A DNA stretch of 64,000 nt from Mobula birostris (taxonomy: Eukaryota): positions 20,189,309 through 20,253,308 of the forward strand of contig NC_092379.1 in the NCBI RefSeq assembly GCF_030028105.1, read 5' to 3'. The notes under the pieces were generated by a model. The model saw only the letters and a program-made list of their open reading frames with translations. It did no database searches and was not told where the DNA came from. This document shows positions 39,880 through 53,769 of this stretch, one piece after another. The position numbers and the translations under genes are program-made. Position 1 is the stretch's first letter. Each line of letters opens with the position of its first letter.

Positions 39880-42800
39880 ATTTCTTTTCATTTTTAAACT
39901 TTTTATTAATATATAATCTTCTACAGCTATAAAATACAGAAATTCAACAAATTAGTATGTATATAATTAATAAAGCTGAAGAAAAAACTTGTATGCTAAT
40001 AAAAAATATTATAAAAGGAATAGGCAAAAAGAGAACCCCAGCTAACTAAAAAAAAAGCCCACTAGCTACAAAACAAAAAAAGAGAAAAAAAACCATTAGG
40101 AACTAACTCCCAGAGAAATACGTATAAGAAGAAAAAGCAACAACCGCCAAATCATATTTATATAAAATAAAATTGAAAGGAAACCATGTAATTTGATTCA
40201 AATTAAATGATAATATTTAGCAAAAGAGCTCCACCTTCTCTCAAAATCAAATCGGGGATCAAAAGTTCTACTTCTGATTTTTCCAAACCAAGACATAACA
40301 TTACTTGGGAAAACCATTGAGTTAGTGTAGGAGCAGAGATATCTTTCCACTTCAATAAGATAGCTCTTCTTGCCAACAATGTAACAAATGAAATTACATG
40401 TTGTTTTTGAGTTGCAAAACTGAAACCAAATCCGTAAGGACTGTTTAATAACAGGATAGAAATTCAAATTGGAAATTTTAGCAAGTTGTAAAGGTAATGG
40501 AGCTCCTAATAGTGAAGTTAAATAAAATTGATTAATAGCTTTAAATTCCAAATCAATCCAGGCTAGTTTTTGGTTCTATCAAGCCAATGTAACCAAAAAC
40601 ATAATTGTCAAATATTAACAGCCCAATAATATAATCTTAAATTAGGTAACGTGAGTCCACCATCTTTTTTAGATTTTTGTAAATGAAACTTGTTAACTCT
40701 TGTTTTTTTATTATTCCAAATAAAGGACGAAATAGCAGAATCAATTTGATCAAAAAAATTTTTGGTTAGAAAGATAGGTATATTTTGAAAAATATAAAAA
40801 TCTAGGTAAAATCATCATTTTCACAGCATGAATACGACCTATTAAAGAAAGTGTAAGAGGATTCCATCTAGAAAATAATTGTTTCATAGAATCCAATAAA
40901 GGAACTACATTAATTTTTTTAAGATCCTTATATTTTTTGTAATAATACCCAAATATTTAAAAGAATTTACAATTCTACATGGAATATCCTTGTATATCAA
41001 AACAGGAAAATTTAAAGGGAACAATTCACTTTTATTTAAATTAAGTTTATATCCTGAAAATTTTCCAAAATCATTTAATAATTCCAAAAGATTAGGAATA
41101 GAATCTTCAGGATTCGAGATATAAACCAAAAGATCATCTGCATAAAGAGAAATCTTATGTGCAGTCCCATTTATAGAGATACTATGAATATTTTTAGATT
41201 TGCGGATTGTTATAGCCAAAGGCTCCAGTGCGAGATTAAATATTAAAGGACTTAATGGACACCCTTGTCGAGTACCACGTGAAAGTAAAAAAAGGGAGAC
41301 TCAGGATTATTAGTAATAACGGTAATGGTAGGGTTCTTACAGAAATTTGAATCCACTTATTAAAATTATTACCAAAGCCAAATCGCTCCAATACTTTAAA
41401 CAAATAAGTCCATTCAACACTATCAAATGCCTTTTCTGCATCCAGAGAAATAAAACGTTGAGGTGTTTTGGATAACGGCAAATATAAATATTCATTAATC
41501 TCCAAACATTAGAGAAAGAGCAACGGCCTTTAATTAAGCCTATTTGATCCATAGAGATAATTTTAGATAAAATGTTTTCCAAACGATGAGTCATTATCTT
41601 GGAAGGAATTTTAGCACCCACATTTAATAGCGAAATAGGTCTATAAGATGAGCATTCAGTAGGATCTTTATCTTTCTTAAGGATTAAAGAAACAGAAGCT
41701 TCATTAAAAAAAGGGTAAATTACCTTTCTCAAAAGATTCATGAAATATTTCCAAAAGGTATGGAGAAAGTAATTTTTCAAAAATATTAAATCCTTCCGAA
41801 TAACCATCGAGTCCAGGAGCTTTACCTGATTGCATTGACCATATAGCTTTCTGAATTCCATGCTGAACAATTGGAGTATCGAGGATCTGTTGATCTTCAG
41901 CAGTAATTTGAGGAAATTTAATCTTATATAAAAAAGCTTTCATTTTAGAGAAATCTAACAAGGGATGTAAGCAAATATTAAAATCTCCACCATTAATAAC
42001 ATTCATTTAAATCAAGTAATAGAGCAAAAATATCTTTAAAAAAAGGAAGTATCATCAGCATTTGGTCCATATATATTAACCAAAACCATTTTCTTATTGT
42101 AAATTGTTCCTTTAACAATCAAAAATCTACCATTAGTATCAGATATAATATCCTCCTGATTAAAGGGAATATTGGAATCAATAAAAATGGAAACACCGCT
42201 AATTTTACTTTGAGAGTTTGCGTGAATCTGAGGGTCCTTCCAAAATTTAAAAAATCGATTGTTATCACATAACCTGACGTGTCTCTTGTACAAAGATTAT
42301 ATCAGATTGGAATTGATTATTAATTTTAAATGTTTTCATACACTTAATAGGATGATTCCAACCACGGACATTCCAACTTAAAGCATTTAACTGTTTAACT
42401 AACATCATGAAACTTTATATCTAAAGAAAACAATTAAACACATGTCAGGATAAAGAAATTTTAAATGGTGGTGATAAACAACAATGATAACAATTTGCGT
42501 AAGCTCCGGGATTCCATAATGGGAATAAAAAATAGAAATAAAAACGAAGAAACCTACCCAACCTACAAAGCCCAGAAATAAGTCGATATTAATCGACGCA
42601 AGCCCCAAGAAATGCATAGAAGCAATTCTGAACTCCACCTGCCTACGTAAAAGGTGCAAATAAAAAAAAGTAATCTGTCTCCCTCTCCCGGGTATACTAC
42701 TCATTACAGTCGACATACAACCCATTACAATTAAATTAGAAAAAACAGTTAACAGAAACGGCCTTCAATTTAGAAAGTAACCTTCAGAACATTAGATAAG

Positions 42801-44040
42801 AAAAAAAAAATTCCAAAACAAGTTCTTGAAATATCTTCACAGAAAACATCGCCATCTTTAGAAATTTACCTCTATCTATAAAGCGTAAAAAAAACACCGA
42901 ATAGTAGTTAAAAGTTCTTAACAAAACCATACAAAGCAAAAAGAAACAATTAATTCATTCAGAAAGAAATTCTAAATAGTTTAAAATTTCTACAGTCTTC
43001 CAAAGATCCCATAAAATATCTTCTAAAGTTAAAACCGTCCAAACCAGTCTATTTCAAAGATAAAGCTACTTTTTAACTGCAAGACTTTCTATACTTCTCA
43101 ATTCTTCTGATCTCATCATTCCTTATATCGTAAAACGATCGAATAATTGTAAGTCTTTTAAACTGCAGGCTTCGGACTCATCCGAGAGAGAATTAATAAA
43201 ACGCAGCGCATCGGCTGCATCCTCAAAAATACGAACCCCAGAGTCTTTAGTGAAAAGCCTTAATTTAGCTGGATAAAGAAGGGAGGGATAGATCTGTTTT
43301 TGAAAGGCCATTCGCATTGCAGTCGCGAATCCAGAACGTTGCTGAACAACTTCACATGGAAAATCTTGAAAGAAAGAGCCTTGAAATTTAAACAGTCTTT
43401 GCTTCCTTACCAGTTTAATATTACCGTCTTTGTCTCAAATACGGAGGAAACGCACAATAACATGTCTGTTTTTATCTTCTTTCGGAGTTCCAATCCTGTG
43501 GGCTGTTTTGATATCGGGCAATTGTGAAAATGCCTCAGGAAATAGAGATTGAAACATTTTAGCGAAATAGTCCAGTATATCGGCAGATTCTGATTGCTCT
43601 TGCAATCCAACAATTCTAATATTATAACGACGAGAACGAGTCTCCAAATCAACAATCCGACGTTGTGCTTTTTCCAAACGAGCGGGAATATCAACCGCAT
43701 TACGAGTTACTTCTTTAAGATCCAAGCTCAAAGAATCAATTTTTCCCTCCAGGGGAAAAAGACTTTCTTTTAGTTGAGTTAATTCAGTGACGATAGAGGT
43801 CATTCGAGTCTCTAATCTATTAACCCAGGCTGGCTCTTCAGAAGTTTTGTCAATTTTTTTAGCTTTACCATTACCTGTATTGGCAATATTTTTAGTGCTT
43901 CTCAAGGTAGCCATGTTTATAATTATCACTTTAACAGATCCGACTGAATAAAGTTAAAATTTCAAAGTTTAAGTAGGGAAAGGGAGAAATTAAAGGTGGA
44001 CAGAAAGACACCGTGTCTTACATGTCCAAAGGCGGAGTCG
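39880..44040 (-). mobile_element. L1/Tx1 LINE with ORF1 and ORF2 remnants (L1-C), internally deleted
   Basis: ORF1 43435-43929 (LETRSRRYNIRIVGL, AHRIG) and 43123-43317 (LLYPAKLR); ORF2 [27 protein letters not shown]; poly-T at ~39885. Confidence 0.88.
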
Positions 44041-44379
44041 CTGGGAATGTTAATTACCACACTAGCTAAAACAACGATCTGGCAAGGAGTGGGTGCAAAG
44101 CTGGGGTTTTTATGTGTCGCCATCAAAGGGAATTAGTAGAAAATGGGGAATTAACTGTGGGGACTGTGACACAATCAAAGGGAAATAGGAGAAAATGGGG
44201 AATTAAGGGTCGGGACCGTGACAGAAAATGGATGGATATGGACATTGTGTAGGTATGAGGGATTCATTTTAAGGGATTTTTAATTTACTTTTAACCTGGT
44301 TCAGCACAATATTGTAAGCTGAAGGGTCTGTGCTTGTGCTGTACTGTTCTAAGTTTTTGATAAATCTGACTTTAGCTTC

Positions 44380-47300
44380 TCATTTTCAAATTGCGGGGTG
44401 AATTCTATCATAATTTGATAAATGGCTCCTAATGGTCCCTTTACCTTAAGGTTCCAAATCAAATCTGGTTCATTACACAACACCCGATCCAAAATAGTTT
44501 ATCCCCCAGTAGACTCAAGCACAAACTGCTCTAAAAATCCAACTCACAAGCATTCCACAAATTCTCTCTCTTGGAATCCAAATCAGCAACAAATATGATT
44601 TTCCCAAACTACCTGCATTTTGAAATTTTCCATGACTATCATAACTTTGCTCTTTAGACTTGTGTTTTCTATCTTCCATTGTAATTTGTAGCCCACATCC
44701 TGGATGTTGTTTGGAGACCTGTATATAACTCCATTCAGGGTCTTTTTACCCTTGCAGTTCCTTAACTGTACCCACAAAGATTTTACATCTTGCAATCCTA
44801 TGTCACCTATTTTTTTAAATAATTTTTTATTGAGTTTTCAAACTTGGTTACATGGAATAATAATATCTACCCTCCCCGCTCCCCTTAACCCTTCCCCCTG
44901 ATACATACACCTGCCTAAAAGAAAAGAAAGAAAAATGAAAAAAGAAAGACTGCCTGGATATTGGAAGGTCTCCACATGCTCCATGAGATTCGAAATAAAT
45001 TAAATATATTTATTTGTTTCTTACCCCAAAGGACCAACATCTTTATCATCGGAGCACCTATATATACCATCCTATCTTTTGTAAATAAGGGCACCAAATA
45101 TTCAAAAATGTATCATATTTATCTCTTAAATTATAAGTATTTTTTTCAAGTGGAATACAGCTAAAAATTTCATTATTCCAATGATCCGTACTTAAATACG
45201 AATCCGATTTCCAAGTAACTGCAATAGCCTTCTTGGCTACTGCCAATGCAATCGTTATAAATTCTTTCTGGTATTTATTCAATTTAAGTTTCAGTTTTAT
45301 CCCTTCAATGTCACCTAATAAAAATAATATAGAGTTATGTGGAAGTTGAGTTCCAGTAATTTGTTCCAATAAAACTCTTAAATTTATCCAAAAAGGTTGA
45401 ATTTTGGAACAGGACCAAGTAGAATGTAAAAAAAGTACCAATTTCTTGATTACATCGACAACATTGATCAGATAAGTTTGAATTTAATCTATTTATTTTT
45501 TGCAGTGTAATATATCATTGGTGTAAAAATTATATTGTACTAATCTGAGTCAAACATTTATTGCATTTGTCATACTGTCAAGACATAGTCTTGATCAATT
45601 TGTTTCATCAATATTAATACTCAAATCCGTTTCCCATTTTTGTCTTGACTTGAGGATTCCTTGTTTGTGTCTGTTTTTGAATCAGATTATACATAAAAGA
45701 AATAATTTTTTTAATTTTTCCTTTTTGAATTAAAGTTTCAATTTAATTAGGTTTCAGCAAAAACATTGTTTGACCCAGTTTATCCCTTAAATAAGCCCTT
45801 AATTGAAGGTAACAAAAGAAAGTGTTATTTGATATTTTATATTTATTCTTTAATTGTTCAAATGACATCAATATACCTCCTTCATAACAGTCTCCTATAC
45901 ATCTAATCCCTTTTTGGTACCAATTATATAAAAGTTGATTATCCATTGTAAAAGGAATAAGTCTGTTTTGAATCAAAAGTCTCCCTGCTAATGAAGATTT
46001 CTTTACTTCATCATCAACGTTTATCTTATTCCATAGAACAATCAAAGGTTTTAATAGAGGAGATTCGTTCTTTTCCCATAGCCATTTAGATTCCCAATTA
46101 TATATAAAATCTTCGGGTGTATTTTCTCCTATCTTATCTAATTCTATTCTAATCCATGCCGGTTTTCATTCGTCAAAAAAAGGTGCAATAAATCTAAGTT
46201 GATTTGCTTTATAATAATTCTTAAAATTTGGAAGTTATAACCCTCCTAACTCAAATTTCCATGTCAATATTTCCAACGATGTTCTTGACATCTTAGCTTT
46301 CCAAAGAAATTTCCTCACACATTTATTTAACTCTTGAAAAAATTTCTGTGGCAGTTGTATTGGTAGTGTTTGAAATAAATACTGTAATCTAGGAAATATA
46401 TTCATTTTTACAGCATTGACTCTACTGACTAATGTTATTGGTAATATCATCCATTTGTCAAGATCTTCTTGAATTTTTTTCAATAGTGGTAATTAATTAA
46501 ATTTACATAAATTCTTTATATCATTAACAAGTCTTATACCTAAATACTTTATACCATTTACCAGCCATCTAAATTGGGTTGCTAAACGACATTGACTATG
46601 GTCTCCTTTAGTAAGAGGTAAGATTTCACTTTTATCCCGATTTATTTTATACCCTGATACTTTCCCATATTCTTCCAATCTAGAAGATAGTTTACGTAAC
46701 GATGCAGTGGGTTTGTTAAATAAATCAAAACATCATAACTCCAGGTCACTTTCACTTTCAGTGGCAGTCGGTTCCTGTAGTTTGACTTGTATCAACTTGC
46801 ACATGCCTTCTTCTTTACGCATGCGTGGTTCCCGCTTCTTCTTCCCAGGGACCGCTGCCGCTGCCATTGCCCCGTTCCTCAACGCCAGAGATAAAATGTG
46901 TCTCCTCCGAAGGAGATCCAACATGAGCCCGAGGTTCCATCGTTGTAGTAGGCCTTTTTTTTTTCTTCCCATCTCGCGGTGTCATCAAAACGTCAGTCTT
47001 CTTCTGTTTCTGTTTACGAGGCGTATCGTAAAATAGTCTTGACTAGTTTATAAGTAGTTTTCAAAAAACTATTAACTTTTCTTTGTTTAAACGGTACTTT
47101 GCTGATTTTGTAAGGAGGAGCTGGATTTCCACGACTCAATCCTACGTCATCACGTGACGTCCCCCATGTCACCTATTTTTAAGGATTTAATTTCATTTTT
47201 ATACCAACAGAGCCATGCCTCCCCCTCTGCCTACCTGCCTATCCTTTTGATACAATGTGTATCCTTGGATGTTAAGCTCCCAACTATGATCTTCTTTCAT

Positions 47301-47620
47301 CCAGGTATCTGAAATCCTGCCCCCTGCACCAGTTTCTCACCCATATTTCATCTGCCAACTCATCCTATTTTTATCCTCACAGGCATGTGGCACAGGCATC
47401 AATCCAAAGATTGCTGCACTGGAGGTCCTGTTTTCAGCTTTCTACTTGAACTCCAAGGCCCCCCTGTTTCACATCACATTCGAGGACCCTATCATTCACT
47501 GTGGAAGCCCTATCTTGGTTTAACTTCAACCTTGATATTACACCTTGAACTTTCCTGAATAGAACTCCATTTGCCACTCTTCAGTCCACTTATTCAGCTG
47601 AACAAGATCTTACTGTAATT
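44380..47620 (-). mobile_element. CR1 EN fragment split by L1-E insertion
   Basis: ORF 44583-44795 LWVQLRNCKGKKTL..VIYRSPN; continues at 47180-47620. Confidence 0.7.
44815..47165 (-). mobile_element. Internally deleted L1/Tx1 (L1-E): 5' end/ORF1 start fused to RT C-terminal half; 15-bp TSD
   Basis: TSD ATGTCACCTATTTTT at 44800 and 47166; junction ~46730 into DVLIYL...SGYKINRDKSE; RVNAVKMNIFPRLQYLF; HSTWSC. Confidence 0.8.
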
Positions 47621-47639
47621 TTGATAACCTTCACTCTTG

Positions 47640-50600
47640 ACTTTACCGCTTATTTTTCAGAGGGCTGCAATCAATATGAAAGATCGTTCATTGGTGATAC
47701 AGTGCAAAAAGAACTTGGGTGTTTTCAGGACTTTTCAACGGTCCATAATCAGTAGAAGACGTTGTTCATTGGCGACACAGTACACAGTTTAAAAGGAGCT
47801 TGGATGGTTTTGGAACTTTTTGGTGGGCTGCAATCAGTGTGAAAGGTGATTTGAAGGTGACAGTGCAAGGTTTAAAAAGTGCTCAGGTTTTTTGGGACTG
47901 CAATCATAACAATCTATTAGGCACTTGGCAGAGATGAATGAAAGGAAGCAATGTGAAAGTGGAGTGGCCATTGTGTGAGTGAACAGTGTTAGAGTGGTCA
48001 GGCTTTGACTAAACAGGCTTCCTTGAAAACTGGCTTGGACAAACACAGTCAGATGTTGTGAGTAATTTTGTAGTAAGTTTATATTTCCTGTTAGTACATA
48101 GCTGTTGCTCTGACAATGGGTCCAGAGTTAGTGATATGTTTCTTCTGTGAGATGTGGGAACTTTGGGAGATATCCTGTCTTCCTGAGAACTACATCAGCA
48201 CAAAGTGCACTGAGCTGCAGCTCGATGACCTTTGGTTCATATGGGAAAATGAGGAAGTGATAGTTAAGAGCCACTGGGACGAAGTCACCCCTAAGTTGCA
48301 GGAGGCAGGTACCTGGGTGACTGTCAGGAGAGGGAAAGGGAATAGGCAGCCATTTCAGAGTTCTTCTGTGGCCATTCACCTCAGTAATAAGTATATTGCT
48401 TTGGATATAGTTGGAGGGGATGACCTACCAAGGGGCAGCCACAATGACCTGTTCTCTGGCACTGAGTCTGTCCCAGTGTCTCAGAAGGGAAGGTGTGTTG
48501 TGGAAGAGGAGTGAAGCAGTGATAGGAGATTCCATAATCAGAGGAGTGGACAGCAGATTCTATGGATGTGAAAGAGATGCCCAGATGATGTGTTGCTTCA
48601 CAGGTGCTAGGGTCAAGGATGTCTCAGATCATGTCGAGAGCATTCTAAAGAGGGAGGGTGAACAGCTGGAAGACGTGATACATAGTGGTACCAATGACAT
48701 ACGTAGGAAAAGGGAGGAGGTCCTGAAGAGAGACTAAAGGGAGTTAGATGGAAAGCTGAAGAACTGGACCTCTAGGGTAGCAATCACTAGATTTCTGCTT
48801 ATGCCATGCACTGGTGAGGGTAAAAATTAGATGACCTGGCAGTTGATTGTGTGGCAGAAGAATTGGTGCAGGGGCAGTCTCAGATTTCTGGACCATTGTG
48901 ATCTCTTCTGCAGAATGTATGACCTGTACAAAAGGGCAGTTTACACCTGAACCCGAGGGGGACCAATATGTTTGCAGGCAGATTTGTTAGAGCTGTTTCA
49001 GAGGGTTAAACTAATTTCTCAGGGGGATGGGAACCAGAGTGTTAGAGCTGAGAATGGGGCAGTTGGTATACAACAAGATGTGTTGTGTAGTGAGGCTGAG
49101 AGGAAAGGACAGGCAGCTGATAGGCAAAATTGAGGTCATGTGAATTAGTTAAAGTGTAACAGGGGGCCAAAATCAAAAAGAGTGATGAATACAGGACTGA
49201 AGGTTTTATATTGGAATGCACACAGTATATGGAATAAGGTCTTGTAGCACAGTTAGAGATTGGCAGGTATGACGTTGTGAGCATCACTGAGTCGTGGCTG
49301 AAAGAAGATCATAGCTGGGAGCTTAATATCCAAAGATGCACATAGTATTGAAAAGATAGGCAGGTAGGCAGAGGGGATGAGGTGGCTGTTTTGGTGAAAA
49401 ATGAAATCAAGTCCTTAGAAAGAGGTGACATAGCATCGGAAGATGTAGTATCATTGTAGGCAGAGTTAAGAAACTGCAAGGGTCAAAACATCTTGGAAAA
49501 ATATTGGAAAAGAAAACATCTTGATGGGAGTTATATACAAGACTCTGAACAATAGCCAGGATGAGGGCTAGAAATTACAATGGGAGACAGGAAGGGCATG
49601 TAAAAAGGGGAAAGTAACAATACTCATGGGGATTTCAATATGTAGATAGATTGGGAAGATAAAGTTGGTGCTGGATCCCAATAGAAGAAATTCCTAGAGT
49701 GCCTATGAGATTGTTGTTAGAGCAGCTTTTGGTTGAGTCCAAAAGTGGAACAGTAGTTCTGGATTGAGTGTAAGGTAAGGAACAAATTTGATTTAGGAGC
49801 TTAAGGTAAAGGAACCCTTATGAGAAGTGATCATAATATAACAAAATTCACCCTGCATTTTGAGAAGGAGAAGCTAAAATCAGATGTATCAGTACTACAG
49901 TGGAGTGACAGAATTACAGAACATGAGAGAGGAGCTAACTTCAGTTGATTAGAAGGGGGTCAGTAACAGGAATGATGGCAGAACTGAATGCTGGAGTTTC
50001 TGGGAGAAATTTGGAAGGCATGGGAAAGCTGCATCCCAAAGTTGAAGATGTATTCTAAAGGGAGGATGAAACAAGCATATCTATCAAAGGAATTCAAAGT
50101 AACACTTTCAATACGCTGGATGAGCTCAGCAGGTTGGGCAGCATCAGTCAGAAACGATGAGTCGACATTTCTGACTGATGCTGCCCGACCTGCTGAGTTC
50201 ATCCAGCGTACTGAAAGTGTTGCTCTGATCTTTTACAGCATCTGCAGATTATTTTGCGTTTACAAAAGGAATTCAAAGACAGCACAAAGGACATAAAAGG
50301 GCATATAATATAGCAAAAACCAACAGAAGGCTTGCTATCTAGTATGTGCTATATGTAGCTTGTGCTCTGTGTGACTGTTGGTACAACGTTTTTCACCTTG
50401 GCCCTGGAGAAAAGCTGCTTTGTTTGTCTGTATTCATGGGCATTCATACCTGGTTGAACTTAAATTTGAAGACAACTAAAAAAGACATAAAGAGAGAAGA
50501 GATGAAATATGAAGGTAAGCTAGCCAATAAGATAAAAGAGGATACCCAAAGTTTTTTCAGATATATATCAAATAAATGAGAGACCAGAGTGGATATCAGA

Positions 50601-50990
50601 CCACTGGAAAATTATGCTGGAGAGGTAGCAATGTGGGACAAAGAAATGGCAGGTGAATTTGGTAAATATTTTGTGTGTCAGTCTTCACTATGGAACACAC
50701 CAGCAGAATGCCAGAAAAGTAAGAGTGTGTGGGAGGCAGAATTCAGTGTCATTTCTATTACTAAGGAACCTTCTGAAAAGTCTGAAGGCACTAAGGTCAC
50801 CTGGACTCAATGGACGAAACTTCAGGGCTCTGAAAGAGGAAGCTGAAGAGACCATGGAGGCGTTAGTAATGAGTAATGATCTTTCAACAATCACTAGATT
50901 CTGAAATGGTTCCAGAGGACTGGAAAATTGCAAATGTCACTCCACATTTACAGAAGGGACAAAGGCGGAAGAAAAGAAATTATAGGCCAG
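47640..50990 (+). mobile_element. Decayed CR1 (5' UTR, ORF1, EN, start of RT)
   Basis: C..C.MWE, VIGDSIIRG, HSGTNDI, SITESWL remnants; ends at NYRP near 50980. Confidence 0.8.
50100..50264. mobile_element. Fold-back Penelope-terminal-repeat-derived insertion (54-bp inverted arms, 13-nt loop) with 14-bp TSD
   Basis: Arms 50101-50154 / 50168-50221 with 3 mismatches; TSD AAAGGAATTCAAAG at 50086 and 50265. Confidence 0.85.
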
Positions 50991-51196
50991 GTGGTTAACA
51001 GTTAATGCAGACTCAGTGGTAAATAATGGTTAGTGCAGACTAACTGGTTAATGGTTTGTGCAGACTCAGTGGTTAATGGTTAGTGTAGACTCAGTGGTTA
51101 ATGGTTAGTACAGGCTCAGTGGTTAATGGTTAGTGTAGACTCAGTGGTTAATGGTTAGTACAGGCTCAGTGGTTAATGGTTAGTGCAGACTCAGTG
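50991..51196. repeat. 25-bp minisatellite, ~8 copies (GGTTAATGGTTAGTGCAGACTCAGT)
   Basis: Units start at 50993, 51018, 51046, 51071, 51096, 51121, 51146, 51171. Confidence 0.95.
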
Positions 51197-52019
51197 GGAT
51201 GATGGGCCTGTTTCTGTGCTGTATCTCTCTGTCTGTACAGGAAACAGTGCAGACCGAGTACAGAAGCCCTTGTAAGTGTTCCCAGGACTAACCATCAAAA
51301 GAGGTAAGTGTGACCCCACTGCAGCCTGAAGGGGAATGCAGATCTGAATCATCAGTGATTAATGTTCTTTCCCAGACACTGCCAACCCCGCTGTTTTCCT
51401 ATTTTTTATGCAGATGCACATTCTAATAGAAAATGTGACTTCCTTGGTTCTCAGCCCCCGTTCATCATCAAGAACTTTTGTGGCTCATTTGTGGACATGG
51501 TTGGTCTGCAATGCAAAATAATTGGACAATTTTACTCAAAAGAAAGCACTTGCATTTACAGCGTGGCTTTAATATAGGAAATCATCAGAAGGTGTTTCAC
51601 AGGAGCATAAATCAGACATCAGGTCATAGAAGGAGAGGGAATGGCAGGTGAGGAAGTGACTGGTCGGAGGAGGAATCTGGAAACAATGCCTCAGTCCAAC
51701 GGGATGATGTGCTGAAATGGTCTGCACCGCAATTTACTGACTCACTGAGACGTCAGACACAGAGTGATGGAAGAATGAAGGGAATGGGAATGACATCCAT
51801 AAGATAGATTTAAATTAAAGAGGAAGAGAAAGACACAGTACTGCAGGTTTAAATTCATTAGAATGAATCTGTGGACTTTGTTGAGGAAGCTCCTCAGACA
51901 GAGTAATTGACAGTAGGACTGGACCCCCATATGGAGGAGGGTGAGAGGAAACTCAGGAATCATTTTAGAATGGATTCATACTAAAAAAAAATCAGTAAAG
52001 TACATGTAAATTATTTCAT

Positions 52020-52280
52020 TCATTTATTTATTGGCATACAGCATGGAATAGGCCCTTCGAGCCACACTGCCCAGGAATCCCCCAATTTAATCCTAGTCTA
52101 ATCACAGGACAATTTACAATGACCAGTTAAAGTACCAACCGGTATGTCTTTGGACTGTGAGAGGCAACCAGAGTACCGATGGAAACCCACACATTCTCGG
52201 GGAGAAATTACAAATTCCTTACAGGCAGCGACAGGAATTGAACTCTAGGTCGCCTGCACTGCAAAACATTCTGCTAACCA
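52020..52280 (-). mobile_element. HE1/V-SINE-like tRNA-derived SINE
   Basis: Minus strand GGCGGCATGGTAGTGTCGTGGTTAGC...GAGTTCAATTCC (A/B boxes), then TGGGTTTCC...CACAGTCCAAAGAC central domain. Confidence 0.8.
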
Positions 52281-53769
52281 CGACACTACCATGCCGCCCC
52301 AAATGCTGGGTTTGTTGATCAAAACTTAAACTTTTATTGGATCCTGATGGTTTTGCAACCTAAAGTTCTTCAGAAGTCAAGAAGGGGCATTAAAACCCAT
52401 TGCTTATGACCACAGAATACTGGTAGCAGACATTCCATTCAAATTCCAGTGCTGAAATTAAACAATAAGATATTGACTTATTCCAGCAATGTGATACCCA
52501 CCAGTGAAACTGGGAGTTTCCAGGAGATACATAGGCAATGGCAACCCACTGAACAGTTACATGTATACAGGTAATTAATTAAAAACACAAACACAAGAAA
52601 GTTAAACTACAATGAAAATAACAATTATATAGTCAATCCAACACCTGAAAGGGCAAAATTCCCAAAGTAATAAGGTAGTATCATCCCAGAAACTTCCTCA
52701 GGGCAGTTAATTTTCAGGTATTGTGAAATCTATCAATCTGTTCTTACCAGAATAGATTCAGAGCTTAATGACACAAATCCAGTTTAGGTGATGTTATTTT
52801 ATTCAAGGTGAAAACAAAAATCAAACAGCAAGCTACTGGCCCAGGGCTCTTACAGGAGTAGAACTACACAATTTGCTGTCCGGATGCCAGAAAGAAAGGT
52901 TTAGTAGATATCTAAACTTGCAGACCACATCAGCTGACAACCTTTCAATGGCAGATTATTGATTCTCTCTGAATACACAAGTTTGTTATCCTTGATTTTC
53001 AGGGCCTGACAGCTTCCAGGCCAATGATAACCCCCAACACCCACAGTGATCCATAGTGATTGTTGTCTGTGTTGCTGTTTCAGTCTAAAGTTGATTCACC
53101 GGGCAGCCTTCATTCTCATCAACAAACGTGAGCTCCAGCATGTCACACCGGGACTCTGCCCATCGATGGAACATTGACAAGGCAGTCCGTGGCATCTTTT
53201 AGATTCTCCTTATTTTCCACTTTATTGCTGCCAATTCACAATCATCTGATCACCTGAACTACAGTCATCAGGATGGACTTCTGTGCTCAGTCTGAGCAAA
53301 CACACTTTCAGTTGTTGTGGGGAGTCTCCCAACTGCTTCAGAACATAAAATGCAGGTGTACATACATTTGAACTGCTCATTCCTATAACATAATCAATAA
53401 ATCAATCAGTAACAGTCAATCATCATTACAGTGAGTCCATTTCTGACATGTGGCAAATGCTCTGTAACAAAAAGAGGGTCTTGCTGTCTCTGTGTCTTTT
53501 GACCTTTGGTTTTGATTCATTTTGTCTCCTTCTTGTGGTAAAAGTGAACCTGTTGGTTGGTGCAAAACACAACATTAGAATTGTATTTCCATATGTAAAG
53601 TAGTGTGTTTATTCTTTTTAGTAACACAGCTCCACTGGGAGGGCCCCCTGCTCGAATTAAACCTGCCTGTGAAACCTGAGAGGAAGTGTAAGGACTGAGT
53701 GTTAATGTTATCGCAGAGTTTCAGACATCTGTCAGCTATTAATAACAAATAGTTACTGAGCTTCAAGTA

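Noticed and set aside
50991-51196. Regular 25-bp repeat resembling a CRISPR array
   Set aside because: Head-to-tail units with no unique spacers; vertebrate context
52230-52280. tRNA-like A/B boxes
   Set aside because: Head of the SINE, not a tRNA gene
53042-53070. Isolated CACAGTG heptamer
   Set aside because: No nonamer at 12 or 23 nt and no adjacent V, D or J coding sequence
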